Source: Thermoanaerobaculia bacterium (GTDB lineage Bacteria; Acidobacteriota; Thermoanaerobaculia; Multivoradales; UBA5704). From it: a DNA stretch of 64,000 nucleotides. Below are positions 58,136 to 64,000 of this stretch, piece after piece. The stretch spans positions 32,001 to 96,000 of the forward strand of contig JBGAGQ010000007.1 of the NCBI GenBank assembly GCA_044226625.1, in the 5' to 3' direction. The notes beneath the pieces were generated by a model, which saw nothing but the letters and a program-made list of their open reading frames with translations, was not told the DNA's origin and searched no databases. A program made the position numbers and the translations under genes. The stretch's first letter is position 1. Every line of letters starts with the position of its first letter.

Positions 58136-61093
58136 ATGCATTACTTCGATTTCAGGCTCGATTTCGTTCCGCACGGCCTCGACGGCGTCGCCGTGAGGGT
58201 CGCCTATTCGCCGGCCGGCGAGGGGAGCCTCGAACCGCTCGAGCCGAGCACCCTGCGCGACAATCTGGCGCTTGCGGCTCAATGGATGGCGGACCGGCAG
58301 GCTCTCGAGCTCCGCCCCTCCGAGCCCGCCGCGCTTGGCTCGCTCGGCGGGCGCCTGTACGACGGCACGTTTCGCGGCTCCGTCCGGCGCCTCTTCGAAC
58401 GGACCCTCGGCGCCCTGCGGCCGGATCAAGGGCTACGGCTTCGCCTCCAGATCGACCTCCGCGAGCCGCGGCTGTCGCCGCTCCACTCCCTACCCTGGGA
58501 GCTGCTCTTCGAGCCGACCGACCATCATCCGTTCGCGTTGGACCGACGCTTCTCGATCGTCCGCCACGTCCCCCGCCCCCATGGGCGTCCCCGGCGCGAG
58601 CCACCCGGCCGGTTGCGCATCCTGCTCGTGGCGGCCCAGCCGCGGGCGGCGAGGCTGCTCTCGATCGAGGAGGAGGTCGAGCGAATCCATGGCGCCCTCG
58701 ACGGACGCGCGGAGATCGAGGTGCTGCCGCTCGTCCGTCCGACCCAGGAGGCGCTCCGCCGCGCGCTCGTGGAAGAGGATCCGATCCACGTCCTCCACTT
58801 CATGGGCCATGCTGAATTCGACGTCCTCTCGGGCGCAGGCAAGCTCCTGTTCGAAGATGGCCGGCGTGGCGCCGCACGGGTCTCGAGCGGATCGCTCGCC
58901 GACCGTCTTCGCGACCGGTCGACGCTGCGGCTGGTGTTCTTGAACGCCTGCGGCACCGCCCGTTCCGCCCCGTCCGAGCCGTTCGGAGGAGTGGCCGCGG
59001 CGCTGGTCCGGGCGGGGATCCCCTCCGTGGTCGCGATGCAATGTCCGATCGCCGATCGGGCGGCGATCGCCTTCAGCGAGACCGTTTACCGCCGCCTGGC
59101 GGCGGGCGACTCGATCGACGCTGCGGTGACCGAGGGGCGCCACGCGGTGGCCGTCCGTTGCCCGGAACCTGGAGCCTGGGCGATACCGGTCCTGTTCTCT
59201 CACGCTCCCGACGAAAGGCTTTTCGATCCTCCTCCCGCGGCGCCCGAGGCCGGCCCGCGCGGGCGGCCGTCAAAAACCAACGCCTCTTTCGGCGGCGAAC
59301 CGGTTTCGTTTCCTGCCCCGCGCCCCTTGCATCAGTTGCCCATTCCACCGGCCGACTTCGTCGGGCGGGATTCGGAGCTGCGCGAGCTTCGAGCCGCGAT
59401 CTCGGAGGGGACCGCGGCGGTCTGCGCCCTGTTCGGCATGGGCGGCGTCGGCAAGACGACCCTCGCCGTCCGCCTTGGCCACGAGTTGCGCGAGTCCTTC
59501 CCGGATGGCCAGATCTTCGTCGACCTGCGGGGGATGAGCGAAACTCCGCTCTCGCCGAGCGAGGCGGCCGCGCACGTCATCCGCTCGTTCCACCCGGAGT
59601 CGCCCCTCCCCGACGACGCCCGGCTTTTCGCCCTCTATCGCGAGGTCCTCCAAGACCGGAGGGTCCTCCTGCTGCTCGACGACGCGTCCGGCCGCGAGCA
59701 GGTCGAGCCGATGGTTCCCCCTGGGCGCTGCGCGCTTCTCGTAACCTCGCGCCAACGCTTCAGCCTTCCCGGCCTCGTTCGGCAAGATCTCGGGCTGCTC
59801 CCCGAAGCCGAAGCCTGCGCACTGCTGCGGAGGATCTCGCCGCGCATCGGACCGAACGCCCCCGAGATCGCCAAACAGTGCGGCGAGCTGCCGTTCGCCC
59901 TGCGGCTCGCCGCGGGCACGCTTGCCGAGCGCTCCGACCTCTCGGTCGCCGGCTTTCTCGATCGATTGACGCGAGAAGGTCAGAGAGCGAAGCTCGGCCA
60001 CGCGGTCCTCGGCGTGGGTCACGCGCTCTTGCCGGAACGTCTCCAGCGGAGGTTCCGGCTGCTCGCCGTGTTTCCCGCGGGCTTCGACGCGCCCGCAGCA
60101 GCCGCGATCTGGGACCTACAAGGGCAGGAGGACGAGACCGACGACTCGCTCGGCGAGCTGGTACGCCGGAGTCTCCTCGACGGCGAAGATGGACGCTACC
60201 GCCTGCACGATCTCGCCCGCGCCTTTGCCGGCTCGGGCCTTACGGCGGACGAACGCGAGGCGGCTCAGGAGCGCCACGCCCGTCACTACCTCGACCGGCT
60301 GGCCGCCGCGACGGAGGTCTACCTCCGAGGCGGCGAGAACATCCTGGACGCGCTCGCGGTCTTCGATCGGGAACGCCCTCACTTCGTCGCCGGGCAGGGG
60401 TGGGCCGCGGCGCGAGCCGAGACCTCGAGAGCGGCCGCGTGGGCCGCGGCGCGCTACGCCTACGAGGGGTCGCACCTCCTCAAGCTTCGGCTTTCCCGCG
60501 AGGAGCAGATCGTCTGGGTGGAGGCGGGACTCGCCGCCGCCCGCCGCCTCGCCGACCGGCCGCTCGAAGGGGCGCTGCTCGGCGACCTCGGAATCACCCG
60601 CGCCTCCCTCGGCCAGTCCGAAGAAGCCTGTACCTGCTTCGAGCAATCTCTCGCCTTGGCGCGGGCGATCGGCGATCGGCGCGGCGAGAGCAACGCGCTC
60701 GGCAACCTCGGCAACGCCTATGCCGAACGGGGCGATCCACGGCGCGCGATCGACCTCCACGCGCAAGACCTTGTTCTCCGACGGGAGCTGGGGGATCGGC
60801 GGGGCGAAGGCAACGCGCTCGGCAATCTCGGTACGGCGTATGCCGACCTCGGAGACACCGAGCGCGCGATCGAGCTCTATCGGGAACGGATCGAGATCGC
60901 GCGCGAAATCGGCGATCGGCGCGGTGACGCCAACGCCTGCTGGAACCTGGGCGCCGTGTACGAGACGCGCGGCGACCTCTCCCGAGCGGTCGATTCGATG
61001 CAGGTCTGCGTCGATTTCGAGCGCGAGATCGGCCATCCCGACGCCGAGCGTGACGCCGCGCACGTCGAAGCCCTTCGGGCTCGCCTCATCTGA
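58136..61093 (+). CDS. CHAT protease-NB-ARC (STAND) ATPase-TPR protein
   Basis: LPWELL, HFMGH, LNACGT (CHAT); FVGR, GMGGVGKT, LLLLDDA, LVTSR, LPFAL, LHDL (NB-ARC); C-terminal TPRs of the GDRRGE...LGNLG type. Confidence 0.9.
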   Translation: MHYFDFRLDFVPHGLDGVAVRVAYSPAGEGSLEPLEPSTLRDNLALAAQWMADRQALELRPSEPAALGSLGGRLYDGTFRGSVRRLFERTLGALRPDQGLRLRLQIDLREPRLSPLHSLPWELLFEPTDHHPFALDRRFSIVRHVPRPHGRPRREPPGRLRILLVAAQPRAARLLSIEEEVERIHGALDGRAEIEVLPLVRPTQEALRRALVEEDPIHVLHFMGHAEFDVLSGAGKLLFEDGRRGAARVSSGSLADRLRDRSTLRLVFLNACGTARSAPSEPFGGVAAALVRAGIPSVVAMQCPIADRAAIAFSETVYRRLAAGDSIDAAVTEGRHAVAVRCPEPGAWAIPVLFSHAPDERLFDPPPAAPEAGPRGRPSKTNASFGGEPVSFPAPRPLHQLPIPPADFVGRDSELRELRAAISEGTAAVCALFGMGGVGKTTLAVRLGHELRESFPDGQIFVDLRGMSETPLSPSEAAAHVIRSFHPESPLPDDARLFALYREVLQDRRVLLLLDDASGREQVEPMVPPGRCALLVTSRQRFSLPGLVRQDLGLLPEAEACALLRRISPRIGPNAPEIAKQCGELPFALRLAAGTLAERSDLSVAGFLDRLTREGQRAKLGHAVLGVGHALLPERLQRRFRLLAVFPAGFDAPAAAAIWDLQGQEDETDDSLGELVRRSLLDGEDGRYRLHDLARAFAGSGLTADEREAAQERHARHYLDRLAAATEVYLRGGENILDALAVFDRERPHFVAGQGWAAARAETSRAAAWAAARYAYEGSHLLKLRLSREEQIVWVEAGLAAARRLADRPLEGALLGDLGITRASLGQSEEACTCFEQSLALARAIGDRRGESNALGNLGNAYAERGDPRRAIDLHAQDLVLRRELGDRRGEGNALGNLGTAYADLGDTERAIELYRERIEIAREIGDRRGDANACWNLGAVYETRGDLSRAVDSMQVCVDFEREIGHPDAERDAAHVEALRARLI

Positions 61094-61211
61094 TCCGGAG
61101 GACGCCGTGCCGGTGGCGCACTCCGAGCGAAGGACCGCCTAAATCTGCCTGCATGAAAGTCTTGAGCGTCCGAGAAATTCTCAACTTGCACACCTGGGCG
61201 TAGCATGGTAG

Positions 61212-61301
61212 CCGTGCATTCGCATCAACGAGCAGTACCGGGTGTGTTTCGTCTGGGTCGACGGTGAGCCGGACGAAGTCGAAATTGTCGACTATCACTG
61301 A
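61212..61301 (+). pseudogene. higB: C-terminal remnant of HigB (RelE-family) toxin
   Basis: Reads (PC)IRINEQYRVCFVWVDGEPDEVEIVDYH*, the typical HigB C-terminus. In-frame TAG at 61209 and no HigB-like N-terminus upstream. Confidence 0.8.
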
Positions 61302-61314
61302 AAGTGAGGATCTC

Positions 61315-61641
61315 ATGATTCGAGTTCCTAAACATCGCGAACCCACTCATCCGGGCGACATGTTACTGGAAGAGTTCTTGAAGCCCATGGCCCTTTCTCA
61401 GAGAGATCTGGCGGACGGAATTCACGTCCCTTACCAACGTGTCAACGAGTTGGTGAATAAAAAGCGGGGCATGACGCCGAGTACAGCTCTTCGCCTTTCC
61501 AAATTTCTCGGCACTTCGGCTGATTTCTGGATGAACCTCCAGCTTCGCTGGGATCTCTATCGAGTAAACCTCGATGAAGCCGCGGAGTTGAAGCGAATCC
61601 AAAGGATCACGCCAAACGAGAATCTTCGGCAAGCGAGCTGA
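61315..61641 (+). CDS. higA: HigA-family addiction module antitoxin
   Basis: RBS GAGG, PTHPGDMLLEEFLKP, HTH, ALRLSKFLGTSADFWMNLQ. Confidence 0.93.
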   Translation: MIRVPKHREPTHPGDMLLEEFLKPMALSQRDLADGIHVPYQRVNELVNKKRGMTPSTALRLSKFLGTSADFWMNLQLRWDLYRVNLDEAAELKRIQRITPNENLRQAS

Positions 61642-61648
61642 GACTCTC

Positions 61649-62458
61649 TTAGCCCCGGTTCTTCTCGTAGATCAGCTTCAAGCCGACCAACGTGAGCATC
61701 GGGTCGACCTTCTGGATGAAGCGCGAGCCGGAGGCGATCATTTCGGCTTGGCCCCCGGTGGCGACGACGTTTTCGAGGCCCGGCACCTCGGAGAACAGCC
61801 GCTCGAGGATGCCGTCCACCAGCCCGACGTAGCCGTAGTAGATGCCCGCCTGCATCGCGGTCACGGTGTTGCGGCCGACGAGCTGGTCCGGCTTCTTGAC
61901 GTCGACCCGATAGAGGCGCGAGGCGTGGGCGAAGAGCGCCTCGGCCGAGATGGTGATGCCGGGGCAGATGATGCCCCCCACGTACTCGCCTTTGCCGTTC
62001 ACCACGTCGAACGTGGTCGCCGTGCCGAAATCCACCACCACGACCGGAGCGCCGTACAGCTCGCGCGCGGCGACCGCGTTCACGATGCGGTCGGCTCCCA
62101 CCTCGGCCGGGTTGTCGTAGCGGATCGGCATGCCGGTCTTCACGCCCGGCTCGATGAACAGCGGTCGTTTGCCGAAGTAGCGCGCGGCGAGCTGGTCGAG
62201 GGTGAAATGGAGCGGCGGCACCACCGAGGAGACGACCACCGCCTCGGAAGCCGTCGGGTCGATCCCCGCGCGATCGAACAGCGGCAGCAGGAGCGCTCCG
62301 TACTCGTCGGCCGTGCGCTCGGCGTCGGTCGAAAGGCGAAAGCTCTCGATCAGCTCGTCGCCGCGATAGACGCCGAACACGGTGTTCGTGTTGCCCACGT
62401 CGACCAGGACCAGGAGCCCTTCGGTCGAGCGGGCGGCGACGTTCTTGGGGCGGTTCAT
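61649..62458 (-). CDS. coaX: Type III pantothenate kinase
   Basis: DVGNTN, SSVVP, GADR, DFGTATT, TGG. Confidence 0.96.
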   Translation of the reverse strand: MNRPKNVAARSTEGLLVLVDVGNTNTVFGVYRGDELIESFRLSTDAERTADEYGALLLPLFDRAGIDPTASEAVVVSSVVPPLHFTLDQLAARYFGKRPLFIEPGVKTGMPIRYDNPAEVGADRIVNAVAARELYGAPVVVVDFGTATTFDVVNGKGEYVGGIICPGITISAEALFAHASRLYRVDVKKPDQLVGRNTVTAMQAGIYYGYVGLVDGILERLFSEVPGLENVVATGGQAEMIASGSRFIQKVDPMLTLVGLKLIYEKNRG

Positions 62459-63273
62459 TGGATCACCTCACCCGCCGAGATCGTGATTTCTTCGAGCGGC
62501 AGCGAACCGGCAGGAACGCTGCCCGGGGGGGATACGGTCGCGAGCCGCAATCCGCCGGTTTTGTCGAAACCGAGGAACGTGCCCGCGACGGTCCGCTCCC
62601 CCACGCGGCAGACCATCCGGTCGCCCACGGTGTGGATCGACAGGTCCCGGTAAGCCGCGACGGCGTAAGCCGCGTCGCCCAGATGGGCGAGCTCCGCTTC
62701 GAGCGATCCGATCAGGCTCGTCGCGAGCTCCGGCAGCGTCGCGGTTCCCCCCTCGAGCTCGAGCGAGGTCGCGGCGGCGATCGGCAGGTCCTCTTCTCGA
62801 TGCGAGTGGTTGACCCCGAAGCCAAGCATCACGATGGCTCCTTCGTCCGTGCGGAGCGCCGCCTCGATCAACAGGCCGCCGATCTTCTTGCCGGCGACCA
62901 TGACGTCGTTCGGCCACTTGAGCCGCGCCGACGCCGGATCGCCGAGCAGAGGCGCGAGGCCGCGGCAGATCGCCACCCCCGCGAGCAGCGGCAGGGTCGA
63001 CAGGTGCTCGATATTTCCGACCCAGGTGAGCAGCGTCGCGTAAACCCCCTTGCCCGGAGGGCTCGTCCAGACGCGCTTCTCGCGACCGCGCCCCGCCGTC
63101 TGCTCCCAGGCGAGCAGATAGGCGCGCGGCAGGTTCTGGCGCTCGTCCTCGTACTCGGCGGCGATCCGCCGCGCGAGCAGGTTGGTCGAGTCGGTTTCGG
63201 CCACCACGAGCACGTTCTCGTCGCCTCGCGGATGCCAACGCCGAAGCTCGTCGGCGAACGTCGAGTAGTCCAA
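62455..63273 (-). CDS. birA: Biotin--protein ligase
   Basis: DSTN, QTAGRGR, KWPND, KIGGLLIE, GFGVN; birA-coaX gene order. Confidence 0.92.
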   Translation of the reverse strand: MDYSTFADELRRWHPRGDENVLVVAETDSTNLLARRIAAEYEDERQNLPRAYLLAWEQTAGRGREKRVWTSPPGKGVYATLLTWVGNIEHLSTLPLLAGVAICRGLAPLLGDPASARLKWPNDVMVAGKKIGGLLIEAALRTDEGAIVMLGFGVNHSHREEDLPIAAATSLELEGGTATLPELATSLIGSLEAELAHLGDAAYAVAAYRDLSIHTVGDRMVCRVGERTVAGTFLGFDKTGGLRLATVSPPGSVPAGSLPLEEITISAGEVIQ

Positions 63274-63285
63274 AGCCTCTCTACC

Positions 63286-63999
63286 TCAGGCCCCGAGGCT
63301 CGCGCGCAGGCTCGAGCGGCGGTCTTCCATCTGGGCGAGCACCGCGCGGCGCTTTTCGACCACCGGCGGCGGTGCCTTGGCGAGGAAGCTCTCGTCGGCC
63401 AGTTGGGCGTGCGTCCGGGCGATTTCCTGATCGAGCTTCTCGATCTCCTTGGCGAGCTTCATCCGCTCGGCGGCCTCGTCGCCGCGGACCTTCGCGCCGA
63501 GGATCTTGATGCCGATCCCCGCGACGAGGTCCTCGGGTCCCCCTTCGCCGGTCGACCACGCGCGCGAGCTGACCGTCAGTGAATCGAGGCGGCAGAGCGA
63601 GGCGAACAGATCGCGCTGCCCCGCGAGGAACGCCTCGAGCACCGGCGAGGCGGTCCAGAGACCCACCTTCCGCTCGCGGCCCGATTCGGTCAACAGAGCG
63701 CGGACGCGGGTGACCGCTTCGATCAGCGCGGCCATCTGCGCCTCGACGTCCTCGTCGCGCCAGGCGGCGACGGCCTCGGGATACGGGGCGAGGCAGATCG
63801 TGGTTTCGTGGATCGCCTCGCGCCCGGGCAGCCGCTGCCAGACCTCTTCGGTCAGGAACGGCATCACCGGATGGAGCATGCGGAGCGCCTGGTCGAGCAC
63901 GGTCAGCAGGACGTCGCCGATGCGCGGCCGGAGCGCCCGGTCGGCGTCCGAGCCCATCAGCGCCGGTTTCGCGAGCTCGATGTACCAATCGCACAGCTC
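63286..63999 (-). CDS. valS: Valyl-tRNA synthetase, C-terminal part (runs off window)
   Basis: ELCDWYIELAK, LHPVMPFLTEEVW, coiled-coil tail LADESFLAKAPPPVVEK. Confidence 0.93.
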   Translation of the reverse strand, partial: ELCDWYIELAKPALMGSDADRALRPRIGDVLLTVLDQALRMLHPVMPFLTEEVWQRLPGREAIHETTICLAPYPEAVAAWRDEDVEAQMAALIEAVTRVRALLTESGRERKVGLWTASPVLEAFLAGQRDLFASLCRLDSLTVSSRAWSTGEGGPEDLVAGIGIKILGAKVRGDEAAERMKLAKEIEKLDQEIARTHAQLADESFLAKAPPPVVEKRRAVLAQMEDRRSSLRASLGA

Positions 64000-64000
64000 G

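Overview
High-GC bacterial chromosome segment. The gene families suggest Acidobacteriota, possibly Thermoanaerobaculia, but this is inference only. Left end (1-9.5 kb): 3' part of dnaE2, a REC-HK-REC hybrid kinase, a large poly-HAMP hybrid kinase, and tRNA-Arg(CCT). Next is a ~26 kb accessory block (9.5-35.9 kb) with no housekeeping genes and no visible integrase. It holds: a zinc-finger/TPR protein divergent from a small secreted peptide with repeated MDxxG motifs; a Cys-rich exported protein; a cassette of a PCD-like protein, a 21-bp tandem array and a coiled-coil protein; an XRE regulator; a GAF-sigma54 activator; an RHS toxin with a Ntox44-like tip and no downstream immunity gene; and two convergent exported TPR-CHAT caspase-like proteases enclosing a Ser/Thr kinase-CHASE2 receptor and an exported partner. 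The right half (35.9-64 kb) is mostly housekeeping: apt, acyP, pcm, surE, mtnP, cysS, def, thiE, lspA, rluD, ribE, ribD, ftsY, coaX, birA and valS. It has small inserts: a UDG-like/amidohydrolase pair, and a CHAT-NB-ARC-TPR gene with a truncated higB and intact higA. Best candidates for undescribed systems are the 21-bp array cassette, the TPR/secreted-peptide pair and the exported CHAT-kinase module. All domain calls come from motifs read by eye; no database searches were run.
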